Program-made: the position numbers and the translations under genes | Notes under the pieces: model-generated | Databases searched by the model: none | The model's input: the letters and a program-made list of their open reading frames with translations, nothing else | Told to the model about the DNA's origin: nothing | From: Octopus bimaculoides | Taxonomy: Eukaryota | NCBI RefSeq assembly: GCF_001194135.2 | Contig: NC_068981.1 | Coordinates: 64,808,882 to 64,841,639, forward strand | Reading direction: 5' to 3' | Length of the DNA stretch: 32,758 nucleotides | Part shown: in pieces, positions 11,534-23,115 of the stretch | How positions within the stretch are numbered: the stretch's first letter is position 1 | Layout of the letters: the number at the start of each line of letters is the position of its first letter

Positions 11534-12028
11534 GCGGAACTTCTAATTGGTCGCTAGACGAATGGTTGAACAGATCTTTGTGAAACTTTCAGCAGATACT
11601 TTTTTGCTAAATGTAGTAAACACAGCAGCCATGGATACGGGATATAATCAGATACTTTCCTGCAATCCAGTCATACTGTCACATGATTTATGATTTTTCC
11701 TTTCAAGAAGCGAGTTGCCCTCTAAGAAAGAAACGAATATCCATTGCTGTATTGTACATAAAAAGGAATTAAACGTGAAGTGTTACATGCTGAGTTAAAT
11801 AAAGTGTTTCACACCTACGGTATGCAAATTAGTAGCCCCAATTCTCTGAAGCATCTGAATTTATTGTGTACATAAACAGATTCGCTTCTCATTTATCTGT
11901 GATTGGTCAAGTGATGTTGACACTGCTGATGAGAAGATTCGTAAATCTATTAAGGCAGTTGACTTTTGTCAGTCTATGGAGAAACAGTTAAATTTGGCGT
12001 ATTGTATGTCTACTACGTAGATTCGGTG

Positions 12029-12366
12029 CCTTAGCGAAGACGGAGGTATTGTTTTCAGTCGTGTTTGTTCGTGAACAAGATATCTCAAGAACCGCTGGAT
12101 GGATTTGGATAAAACTTTCAAGGATGTTTGGCCTCATGACTGGCACGAACTGGTTAGATTTTGGGATCGATCCGTATCGGAAAAGGATTCGAGATTATTT
12201 TTCCTGGTTTTTTTTGGGGGGTTTTTTTTATGTTTGAGAGCGATTGGGTTTATTTTTAGTATTCTCGTTTATTTCAGATAGTCTAATTTTAAAAATCATC
12301 TCTGGCTAATCGTTGAGAGGACTTTGGTGTTGCCTTGGTGAAGGTTTGCGCTCTCAGAGTGCTCTT
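12029..12366 (+). mobile_element. Non-autonomous Helentron/DINE-1-like element
   Basis: 5' ccttagcgaagacggaggtattgttttc...gtttgtt; internal ggatggatttggataaaacttt...gattttgggatcgatccg; 3' gccttggtgaaggt (degenerate subterminal IR, about 9/13 to the 5' copy) followed by the short hairpin gcgctc-tca-gagtgc (12348-12362) and TT. The architecture is recalled from HINE/DINE-like elements. Confidence 0.55.
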
Positions 12367-12679
12367 ATATATAAATCTACTCTTTTATGCTTTCAGCACA
12401 AAAGGCTGTGACCATGCTGGGGCACCGCCAGTATAATCACGTTTTCAATGGCCATTCTTATTTGATTGGCTTTTGGTGAAGGAAGTAGTTTTATATTGCG
12501 ACCCTTTTTTTAGTTTCTTGCTGTGATCTAGGCAAATCCGGGACCTTGGGCCACATGGGGTCATGTTATTTCTTGAAAATATCTATCCTCTCTCCATGTA
12601 GATCACTCAGACATTTTGGCAAGATATTAAATGGCTGTGTTCTTTTAAGATATACGTACATGTGTGTGTGTGTGTGTGT

Positions 12680-14368
12680 CATTATCCAGTTTATTTCAAA
12701 ACTTCTTGCCAATAGAGAAAGACTGAGTTTCTAACCTAGATCCAAAGCTCCTTCATTGGAATTTCAGCATCAACAGGGTATTTTTGTTTGTATGTACGTA
12801 TATGTGCACATTTGTATGTTTTTGTAGTTATTCTCATGCATAGACTTGCATATCTAGACATGCTCATAAATACTTAAAGGATAAACGTCTGGAAAGTTTT
12901 AGATTTTTTCAGTTCTTGTGATTGATTGGATCTGTAGTCTTCGAATCAGCTTTCTCCATTCTGGTTTCTCAAGATTAGTATTTAGGCAGTGTGTTACAAA
13001 TCTCAGGACCCCAATGATTACAGGTATAAACCTGAACTTGTAATCTGGATAGAGTAACTGCAAATTTCTCAATAGTTCAGCGTAGGTACTTTCTTTTCCG
13101 CCGATCTTTAGCTGTATGTTAACATCCGCTGGACAGCTGATTTCTACAACTGTACAGAGTTTTTCTTCATTATTCAAAATTACTGTCAGGTCTATTATGT
13201 TTACATTTTATTGGGGTTTTCACTGGGACATTACACCAGTACACCTTTTTATTATGAGTGGCTATGGCTTCTACCACACTGTAGGTTCTTATTTCTCTGG
13301 CCTCGTGTTATCTTTTCGAGAAATCTCATTATACAGTGTCCTAGCAACAACACTATGTCTCATCGGTAGATAATACCGGGATGACATTTTCTGACAACTG
13401 CTTATGACGTGAGTGATATCTTCGGTATTAACTCCACAAAGTCTGCGTCGGTTGTCACATTTTGCTGCTGTCCCTGCGTCTCTGTCCCTTTTGTGCATCA
13501 GGTATTTGGTCGATATTTCTTGTTCCTGGATTGCAAACACATACTCTTCATAATGGGACTTAGTAATGCGGTTGTTGGTTCATGATAGACTGCTCTGAGG
13601 ATCGAGGTTACTATCATCCCGCAGCTTTCTACTAACATATCTATGTATGGTCTTCTACTGATATACTCTCATCCTTTCATCTGATAATACGTTGCGGTAG
13701 AGACATGCGACTTCTTTGGGGATGTATTTAAGATTATCAGACAAGGAATGCTGCTCAAGGAGCTGCTTTCCAAGTCTCATATTGTCAGCCTCATATATGC
13801 AAACTCGGGCAAGGGATGCACTTCGACACTTGGTGGTTAAAAGATGTTGCCGAAGGGATATGTTACGACATTCAAAGGTAGTCTTGATTGGTGTTAAGCC
13901 TCTTCCACCTTGTTTACGTCATTATTCATGTGGAAATTATGCGTGCTTGTTAGTATCTTCCGGGTTTTCACATCAAAGGCTCGAATCTCATCAAGCGTGC
14001 AATCAAGTAGCCCAGATTTTGATATCACTATTAGTACTGCAAACACATTGTTAGCCACTGTTTTATTGAATGCAGAAAGTTCTGAAGTCCATATTTTCTT
14101 TATTCGGCTGTAATATTCTTTAGTGAGACGTGTCCTGTTACAGGTGCCATCCTAAGATATATTTTCATCCACCCTAAGATATCTGTAACATTCCTCGTCA
14201 GATACAGGGATAACAGTTAAACAGAGATGTTAGTCTATTTTACAGTTTTCCCTCTTTCCACAACCATATAACAACATTTATTCTGAGCAAACTCCAACCC
14301 TACATCCTTTCAGCATGTTGTAACCATCTGAGGGCTGTTTTTCATCTCATGCATATTCTTTGCATACC
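12680..14368 (-). mobile_element. R4/Dong-clade RLE non-LTR retrotransposon, copy A (5'-truncated, degenerate)
   Basis: Begins just after the RT DD motif (AKNMHEMK...KDVGLEFAQNK), then YRYLG, the zinc-knuckle region RLCGVNTEDITHVISSC..RH, and the RLE KHNRPD...VVEISCPADVN. The 3' UTR is homologous to copy B and ends at (CA)n. Confidence 0.9.
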
Positions 14369-14489
14369 TGTATGTATGTAAGCATGTATGTATGAATGTA
14401 TGTATATACGTATGTTTGTGCGTGTGTATGTATGTATGTATGTACGTACGTACGTACGTATGTATGTATGTATGTATGTATGTATGTAT
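14369..14489. repeat. (TATG)n tract separating the two R4 LINE copies
   Basis: Directly visible. It abuts the 5' end of copy A and the 3' end of copy B. Confidence 0.95.
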
Positions 14490-16815
14490 ATCAATCAGTT
14501 TCATTTCTGCATTTCTTGTCGATAGAGAAAGAGCCGGACTCTAGCATAGATTCAAGGCTCCTTCATTGGAACTTTTATCAACATCATCTAGGTATTTGTG
14601 CATATGTGTGTGCAGTATTTGGTGTTAGTGTAAGCGCAGATTTATATGTTTGTTTTATGGATGCGTTTTTATGTCTAGATGCATGCATATGTATTTATGT
14701 GCTAAATTTTTGGAAAGTTTTACATATNNNNNNNNNNNNNNNNNNNNNNNNNNNNNNNNNNNNNNNNNNNNNNNNNNNNNNNNNNNNNNNNNNNNNNNNN
14801 NNNNNNNNNNNNNNNNNNNNNNNNNNNNNNNNNNNNNNNNNNNNNNNNNNNNNNNNNNNNNNNNNNNNNNNNNNNNNNNNNNNNNNNNNNNNNNNNNNNN
14901 NNNNNNNNNNNNNNNNNNNNNNNNNNNNNNNNNNNNNNNNNNNNNNNNNNNNNNNNNNNNNNNNNNNNNNNNNNNNNNNNNNNNNNNNNNNNNNNNNNNN
15001 NNNNNNNNNNNNNNNNNNNNNNNNNNNNNNNNNNNNNNNNNNNNNNNNNNNNNNNNNNNNNNNNNNNNNNNNNNNNNNNNNNNNNNNNNNNNNNNNNNNN
15101 NNNNNNNNNNNNNNNNNNNNNNNNNNNNNNNNNNNNNNNNNNNNNNNNNNNNNNNNNNNNNNNNNNNNNNNNNNNNNNNNNNNNNNNNNNNNNNNNNNNN
15201 NNNNNNNNNNNNNNNNNNNNNNNNNNNNNNNNNNNNNNNNNNNNNNNNNNNNNNNNNNNNNNNNNNNNNNNNNNNNNNNNNNNNNNNNNNNNNNNNNNNN
15301 NNNNNNNNNNNNNNNNNNNNNNNNNNNNNNNNNNNNNNNNNNNNNNNNNNNNNNNNNNNNNNNNNNNNNNNNNNNNNNNNNNNNNNNNNNNNNNNNNNNN
15401 NNNNNNNNNNNNNNNNNNNNNNNNNNNNNNNNNNNNNNNNNNNNNNNNNNNNNNNNATGTCTCATAGGTAGGTAATACCGTGATGACATTTTTGGACAGC
15501 TGCTAACGATGTGGGTGATATCTTCGATACTGATTCCACAGAGTCTGCATCGATTATTACATTGTGGCGCTTTGCCCGCCTCTCTGTCCCGTTTGTTTAT
15601 TAGGAATTTGGTTGCTATTTCTTGTTCTTGAACAGCAAAGGCATACCCTTCAAAGTGAGAGTTGGTGACCTGACTGTTTGTCCACGATAGACTGCTCTGG
15701 TTGTCAATGTTGTTATCACCCTGGAGCTTTCTGTTAACGTATCCATGCATGGTCTTCTGCCGGAATGCATTCATCCTCTCCTCTGATGTTATGTTACGGT
15801 AGAGTCTTGCAATTTCTTTGGGTAAGAGTTCAGGGTTGTCGAATAGGGAATGCTTGTCAAGTAGTTGCCTTCCCAATCTCGATGGTATTTACCTCATGTC
15901 TGCAGACTTCATCAAGGGGTGCACTTCGACACTTGGTGGTTATGAGATGATGGCGAAGAGATANNNNNNNNNNNNNNNNNNNNNNNNNNNNNNNNNNNNN
16001 NNNNNNNNNNNNNNNNNNNNNNNNNNNNNNNNNNNNNNNNNNNNNNNNNNNNNNNNNNNNNNNNNNNNNNNNNNNNNNNNNNNNNNNNNNNNNNNNNNNN
16101 NNNNNNNNNNNNNNNNNNNNNNNNNNNNNNNNNNNNNNNNNNNNNNNNNNNNNNNNNNNNNNNNNNNNNNNNNNNNNNNNNNNNNNNNNNNNNNNNNNNN
16201 NNNNNNNNNNNNNNNNNNNNNNNNNNNNNNNNNNNNNNNNNNNNNNNNNNNNNNNNNNNNNNNNNNNNNNNNNNNNNNNNNNNNNNNNNNNNNNNNNNNN
16301 NNNNNNNNNNNNNNNNNNNNNNNNNNNNNNNNNNNNNNNNNNNNNNNNNNNNNNNNNNNNNNNNNNNNNNNNNNNNNNNNNNNNNNNNNNNNNNNNNNNN
16401 NNNNNNNNNNNNNNNNNNNNNNNNNNNNNNNNNNNNNNNNNNNNNNNNNNNNNNNNNNNNNNNNNNNNNNNNNNNNNNNNNNNNNNNNNNNNNNNNNNNN
16501 NNNNTGTTGTCAGGGTGGTTTTTAGCCTTTCCTCGTTCCACAACCATATAGGAACATTTATCTTGGCCAAACTCTAGTCCTACATCACCAGAAAATGTTG
16601 TGACCAGGTCGAGGTTTTTTTTCATATCATCCATGTTCTTGGCATACAATTTCAAATCATCGACAAAGAAGCAGTGCGTAATTTTGGTGTTTCTGTTTGC
16701 CTGCGTTCCAATTAGATACCCTTCAGACTTCTTCAGCATGTATGATAATGGGTTTACCGACAGTATGAACAGCATCACAGAGAGGCCGTCTCCTTGGAAT
16801 ATCCCCCTGCGATAT
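14490..16815 (-). mobile_element. R4/Dong-clade RLE non-LTR retrotransposon, copy B (5'-truncated, two gaps)
   Basis: RT: YRRGIFQGDGLSVMLF...THCFFVDDLKLYAKN...VGLEFGQDKC (16505-16815). C-terminus: KTMHG...FEGYAFAVQEQEIATK...CRLCGISIEDITHIVSSC..RH (15458-15876). 3' UTR at 14490-14727. (TATG)n lies on both flanks. No stops in the ORF-track segments (15458-15876, 16505-16815). Confidence 0.92.
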
Positions 16816-17303
16816 TGTATTTTATGTATGTATGTATTTATGTATGTATGTATTACAGCCATGAACAACTATACAGCTGTGTTTGCAATCGGTAGATATT
16901 TTGACGAGAATGCTTCAGTTGTATTAAGTTGGAATGTATGGATTTGCTCGTCATCAGAAATATCTCTCATATTTAACGCATAGTTATCTTTCTTACAGGT
17001 GGCCTTATATATTGTCATGCCCTGTCGTCTTATATTAACTTGTCGACATTATGGAGAGAAGCTACTAATCAATAATTATATGAAATTTTGTACTGGTACG
17101 TGACATAACCAATATCGTCTGTAACATATTGGAAGGTCTAAATGATTTACTGTATTTCTGTGTTAGTAAATAATAGGAACTCTACAGTTACTTCCTGTCT
17201 CCGGAATTCAAAAGCATATCTAGTAAATGCATAACTTTAGAGACTTCATTTGATGTTGCCTATCTTAAGTATTTGGTGTTTATATCATGCGGAGAAACTT
17301 TGT

Positions 17304-17345
17304 GAAAGCAACTTATACCTAGAAAGCAACTTATACCTAGAAAGC
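17304..17345. repeat. 18-bp tandem duplication (2.3 copies)
   Basis: gaaagcaacttataccta x2 + gaaagc. Confidence 0.95.
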
Positions 17346-17393
17346 GATGTGCCAGATGATTTCATGTAAACACACACACACAAACACACTCAC

Positions 17394-17466
<73 letters not shown>

Positions 17467-17865
17467 TAAATGTGTATATATATATATATANNNNNNNNNN
17501 NNNNNNNNNNNNNNNNNNNNNNNNNNNNNNNNNNNNNNNNNNNNNNNNNNNNNNNNNNNNNNNNNNNNNNNNNNNNNNNNNNNNNNNNNNNNNNNNNNNN
17601 NNNNNNNNNNNNNNNNNNNNNNNNNNNNNNNNNNNNNNNNNNNNNNNNNNNNNNNNNNNNNNNNNNNNNNNNNNNNNNNNNNNNNNNNNNNNNNNNNNNN
17701 NNNNNNNNNNNNNNNNNNNNNNNNNNNNNNNNNNNNNNNNNNNNNNNNNNNNNNNNNNNNNNNNNNNNNNNNNNNNNNNNNNNNNNNNNNNNNNNNNNNN
17801 NNNNNNNNNNNNNNNNNNNNNNNNNNNNNNNNNNNNNNNNNNNNNNNNNNGTGTGTGTGTGTGTG

Positions 17866-18234
17866 TGGCACTCTGTCGGTTACAACGACGTGGGTTCCAG
17901 TTGATTCGATCAACGGAACAGCCTTCTCGTGAAATTAACGTGCAAGTGGCTGAGTACTCCACAGACACGTGTAACCTTAACGTCTTAACGTAGTTCTCGG
18001 GGATATTCAGCGTGACACGGTGTGACAAGGCTGGCCCTTTGAATTACAGGCACAACAGAAACAGGACGAAAGAGTGAGAGAAAGTTGCGGTGAAAGAGTA
18101 CAGCAGGGTTCGCGGAGCCTCATGGAGCTTTAAGTGTTTTCGCTCAAAAAACACTCACAACGCCCAATCTGGGAATCGAAACCGCGATCCTATGACCGCG
18201 AGTTCGCTGTCATAACCACTGGGCCATTGCGCCT

Positions 18235-18238
<4 letters not shown>
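17866..18238 (-). mobile_element. tRNA-derived SINE, family C
   Basis: Minus strand head gtggaggcgcaatggcccagtggtt (A box)...gtttcgattccc (B box), CORE-like ttgagcgaaaacactt, a distinct 3' body, and a tail joining (CA)n. Confidence 0.8.
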
Positions 18239-18270
<32 letters not shown>

Positions 18271-18371
18271 GTGTGTGTATATATGTATGTATGTATGTAT
18301 GTATGTGTATATATATTCCATATACACTGACAATTGGCCAGTTGCCCCGATATTTCCCCTGGGATAACACC

Positions 18372-18710
18372 TGTTATGGACGCGCTGTGTTAAAAATCAA
18401 TAAATATGAGAGGGCGACGAAAATTCGCTCCGGCAGTGACTGGCGTGAACGCCAAGTACACTTCGTCCTTTTGGGGCCTTTTCAACGGTGTGTATTTGCA
18501 TTGAGCCACACACTCGGACCAGAATTTGTCGCCTCGAATATAAGAAAAAGTAAATGAAACATTCACTGACGTTGCGAGTGTTTGTCTCACTGAATAAACA
18601 TCTGGCATACACAGTTCTTCGTAAGACTCCAGTTCGGGAGTTTTGTAGTCCTGGTGAGCACGGAGTCAAGCTTTAATCATCATTACCTTCAGGTCCGTTC
18701 TGACCGGAAT
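18372..18710 (+). mobile_element. Possible LTR (TG...CA, 320 bp) followed by a PBS-like sequence
   Basis: tgttatgg at 18372 to ...ccttca at 18691, with an internal aataaa. It is followed by ggtccgttctgaccggaat, which resembles the BEL/Pao-type PBS TGGTCCTTCGAGCCGGAT but lacks the first T. No second LTR was seen. Confidence 0.3.
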
Positions 18711-18908
18711 TCTAGTACCGGTTAGGGTCCCTTCTATGGGTTAATCAGATTCCCCAGGAGTAGAGGAGGCTCCCGCTGTTTTTGACCATTCCCTGAAGAA
18801 GACAGCTCTTCTAGGAGAAAGGTACTCTGACATAAAAGTTACAGTGAAATCAATACAAATCATCTTGTATGAGATGCCCCATCATCTCATTTCTTGACCA
18901 GTTTTGTG

Positions 18909-19607
18909 AAGGGCCGGATTAAGACTTATCGAGGCCCTAAGCACTTAAAAGATTTTGGTGTCCCCATAAAAGATTATGTAATTCAAAATAATAACAATAA
19001 CAAACCATAGAATAATTTTTTTATTTTTCAAAGAGAAACAAAGCAGTAAGAGGGAAAATAATGTTTATTTTTGTATAAATAATAATAATAAATGCGCCCT
19101 TTTAAAGCCTAGCCAGGCTCATGGGCCCGGTTTCCCGGTTTCAATGGCGTATGTATTCTCCAGCTGGACAGAAAGCCAGTCCATCGCAGCGTTATTCATT
19201 TTTGTCAGCTGAGAGAACTGGAGCAACATGAAATGAAGTGTTTTGCTCGAGAAACAACGCGTCGCCTGGTCCAGGAATCAAAACCACAAGCTTACGATCG
19301 TGATGCTGACACCCTAACCACTAAGCCACGCGCCTCCACTTAGTTTTGTATACCTCCATTTTATTTATATCTGAAAAGTTTCCTACTATTTTTTTGAATT
19401 GCAAAGTCTTTGATCAGATCCTCAAAATTAATCTGAGGTAACACATCTGTATCCATACTCAGCAGAGATAAAGGAATCACGAATATTATTTTAGCAAGTT
19501 TTAAAGTGATTGTGTGCCGTAAACCATTTACCATTTCTGTGGTGCCTCCTCCTTACCTTGATGCCCTAAGCACGTGCTTATTTGGCTTAATAGTTAAGCC
19601 AGCGCTG
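18909..19607. mobile_element. hAT MITE (CAGGGCCGGATTAA-type TIR) interrupted by a SINE
   Basis: Perfect 8-bp TSD gttttgtg (18901-18908 and 19608-19615). TIRs aagggccggattaa vs reverse complement cagcgctggcttaa (10/14). gccctaagcac occurs near both ends. Confidence 0.88.
19078..19339 (-). mobile_element. tRNA-derived SINE, family D (CORE plus V-domain-like), nested in the hAT MITE
   Basis: Head gtggaggcgcgtggcttagtggttagggtgtcagc...gattcctggacc; gagcaaaacacttcatttcatgttgctccag; ctgcgatggactggc...gtccag; (TTA)n tail. 13-bp TSD ttatttttgtata / ttagttttgtata (19065-19077, 19340-19352; 1 mismatch). Confidence 0.88.
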
Positions 19608-20199
19608 GTTTTGTGTTTTATAAGGTCCTACGGGGATAAATGCATGGTGAAAAGTCATATCCGCGCAAATACAGGTAAGGAAGTAAATCAGAACAATCAG
19701 GCCGAATATGGGACGGGTGTTATCTGAGAAGAGGAGACAATCATCTTATGTATGTATTTGGTGTGAATAATTGAGAAGAGATATTCTTTTTCACATTGAA
19801 GTTTACAGGGCAGTGGTTGTGAGATTGTTCAGTGTATTTCACTTCAGAATCATTCATACAGGAGTTAATGAAGATTGAACTGTACCCAGAGGATATATTC
19901 TATTTCTTTCAGCCAGGCTTTGAACAAATTCACCTAATTGAATCAGAGTCAACAAGTGCAATTCCTATCCTACGCTTCCTTAGAAAGTGTAGAAGGACTT
20001 ATAATTATTATTGTTGTTGCCTTTAGATTGTTCCTACGGCAATTTTATTGACTTTTATATAGAGAGATTTTGTCCAGTTTTTGAGATTTTCTGGTCCTCT
20101 AAATTTTTTTGTTTGATGTGTTAAATATACATAGTGCGTAAACGTGTATACAAATTAACATTCCCGTACTTGTGTTCCATGTATCATGCTTTTATGTGA

Positions 20200-20273
20200 G
20201 TTTTATATGCACATATATATATATATATTTTGATATATATACGTATATATATTTATAAGTATATATGTATATG

Positions 20274-20328
<55 letters not shown>

Positions 20329-20575
20329 AACATATACATACATGTTTAGCCTGATCATCTTGAACATTATACAAGAATAAAAGCACATACACATACGTGC
20401 ACACGCACATACGTCTGTGTGTGCGTATGTGTGTATATGTGCGTATGTGTGCATACGTCTGTGTATATATGTGAGTATACATTTGTTTGTGTATATATGC
20501 ATGCATGCATGTATGTATGTATATATGTATATATGTATGTATGTATCTATGTATGTATCTGTGTACGTACATATT
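20200..20575. repeat. Compound TA/TG/TATG microsatellite
   Basis: Directly visible. Confidence 0.9.
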
Positions 20576-21900
20576 TGTTCTCGTGTAAAAATGGCACGGT
20601 ATTGCTTTGTAAAAGTCCGGTTTCTTGAAATGCATTCATGAATAAATTTTATAGTCTCACACCTCTTGTGAGTCGTCGATATTATAGATGAGTGCGTCAG
20701 GCGGTGTGATTAAAAACAGGTTTCGACTTCAAACGAATTCGGTACACACAGAAGGGACTTTAAAAATAATATCTGGGTGAAGAAGGGTATATATCGCCTG
20801 CAGGAAATTATACCACCCACAAGAGGAAGACAAATGCAAGAGACAAAAATAGAAAAACTGGGAAAATGCGAAAAAGAACTAGAAACAAAGAGAAAAAAAA
20901 ACAAACAAAATGGGATTGGAAAATTCATTTATATATACATACATGCATATATATATATATATATATATATANNNNNNNNNNNNNNNNNNNNNNNNNNNNN
21001 NNNNNNNNNNNNNNNNNNNNNNNNNNNNNNNNNNNNNNNNNNNNNNNNNNNNNNNNNNNNNNNNNNNNNNNNNNNNNNNNNNNNNNNNNNNNNNNNNNNN
21101 NNNNNNNNNNNNNNNNNNNNNNNNNNNNNNNNNNNNNNNNNNNNNNNNNNNNNNNNNNNNNNNNNNNNNNNNNNNNNNNNNNNNNNNNNNNNNNNNNNNN
21201 NNNNNNNNNNNNNNNNNNNNNNNNNNNNNNNNNNNNNNNNNNNNNNNNNNNNNNNNNNNNNNNNNNNNNNNNNNNNNNNNNNNNNNNNNNNNNNNNNNNN
21301 NNNNNNNNNNNNNNNNNNNNNNNNNNNNNNNNNNNNNNNNNNNNNNNNNNNNNNNNNNNNNNNNNNNNNNNNNNNNNNNNNNNNNNNNNNNNNNNNNNNN
21401 NNNNNNNNNNNNNNNNNNNNNNNNNNNNNNNNNNNNNNNNNNNNNNNNNNNNNNNNNNNNNNNNNNNNNNNNNNNNNNNNNNNNNNNNNNNNNNNNNNNN
21501 NNNNNNNNNNNNNNNNNNNNNNNNNNNNNNNNNNNNNNNNNNNNNNNNNNNNNNNNNNNNNNNNNNNNNNNNNNNNNNNNNNNNNNNNNNNNNNNNNNNN
21601 NNNNNNNNNNNNNNNNNNNNNNNNNNNNNNNNNNNNNNNNNNNNNNNNNNNNNNNNNNNNNNNNNNNNNNNNNNNNNNNNNNNNNNNNNNNNNNNNNNNN
21701 NNNNNNNNNNNNNNNTTTACAGGAGCATTTGTAGCGCGGTGCTGACAAAAGACTTTGTAATGATTTCTTCGAGAGGCACAAGACCTTGATTTGTGTATAG
21801 GGAGAGAAGACAGTATATCCAAGAGGAAATAATCTTGTAACCACCTTATGAATCTCTTTGCTCACATCCCGTTGGCACACAAACGTGTGTCATATGCACT

Positions 21901-21946
<46 letters not shown>

Positions 21947-22229
21947 TGTGTGTACGTACGTTGCTTTATGTCGAACGAATGATGAAGTAGTGCTTAATGC
22001 ATGCGGTTGAGCATATGCTTTTGTTTCCTGGAACTGAAGCTCACGGGTTTCACGCCACTGCTGTCTTCAAACGAAATATATATTTATATGATGGTAACCT
22101 CTCGTCGTCCGAGAAAGACGGTCCTTGTTGAACAACCTGCACAAATGATTTGTTTATAGTGGTCAAATGTTTGTGGTGTACATTGGCTCACATTCCCTCC
22201 ATGATGACATCGACTGTACCTGAACAGAT

Positions 22230-22345
22230 GCACGGTGTACTGCGCCTCAGGTGTGTGGAAGTGATTGAAATGCAACGTGAGATGAAGTCTTTTGCTCAAG
22301 GATCAAGGCACCATCCAGTCCAGAAATTGAAATCACTACGCTAAG
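22230..22345 (-). mobile_element. SINE family D fragment
   Basis: aatgcaacgtgagatgaagtcttttgctcaagga...ccagtccagaaattgaaatcac parallels 19205-19290. Confidence 0.6.
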
Positions 22346-22412
22346 AGTCACACACGCACACACACACACATACATACATACATATATATATAATTATATA
22401 ATAAAATATGCG

Positions 22413-22453
<41 letters not shown>

Positions 22454-22752
22454 CTGCTATTATGTTAAACTATCGTATGTCCAAATTTGGCTAAATGCGT
22501 TGTTTTCAATATTTATTTTTGCTTGCAATAGTTGGTTCTTTTGGTCAAACTATCGTATCTCCAGCTGCTTCAGATGCTAAAATATCAAAAATTGTCGAAG
22601 TGTAGTAAAACGGTTTTGCTACGGAATGGTGAAACTATTTTTTCGTTTTCTGAAAAAGTAACGTTTTGGACTTACGACACTTTTGTGTACGTGTGTGTGT
22701 GTGTGGTATTGGATTGTGGCTTATTTTGAGGCACCATCTTGATGGTATTAGT

Positions 22753-22812
22753 CAATCAAATCGAACCCAGTGTTTATTATAACAATCAAAACGAACCGAG
22801 TATTTATTATAA
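22753..22812. repeat. 30-bp tandem duplication
   Basis: caatcaaatcgaacccagtgtttattataa / caatcaaaacgaaccgagtatttattataa (3 mismatches). Confidence 0.92.
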
Positions 22813-22869
22813 CGTCCTCATTTGTTTAACCGCTCAGTTACAGGGACGTAAACAATCCAACAATTGTTA

Positions 22870-23115
22870 TCAAGTGGTGAACGACAAACATAATAACACC
22901 CCCAAGTACATACACTCATATACGTGTGTATCTGCGCGCGCTCGTGTGTGTGTGTGCGCGCGCATAAGATGAACTTCCTCCCAATTCCCGTCAACTAAAT
23001 TCACTCACAAGGAATTAGCCGGTCTGAGGCTAATGCTGGAGATACTTGCCCGAGGTACTATGCAGTGGAACTGAACCCGAGACCACGCGAAGCGAACTTC
23101 TTAATCTTACACCTA
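22870..23115 (-). mobile_element. SINE family A, 5' half, diverged
   Basis: cccgtcaactaaattcactcacaagg...gatacttgcccgaggtactatgcagtggaactgaaccc is the reverse complement of the family A head and CORE-like segment. Confidence 0.75.

Noticed and set aside
11920-11965. ctgatgag-aagattc-gtaaa as a further hammerhead
   Set aside because: GTAAA instead of GAAA, no helix III, and an unconvincing helix I.
11890-12000. Protein-like frame SSDVDTADEKIRKSIKAVDFCQSMEKQLNL as a host exon
   Set aside because: No recognisable homology and weak splice signals.
18793-18830. ctgaagaag...gagaaag as a hammerhead
   Set aside because: Helix II does not close onto GAAA, and there is no helix I/III.
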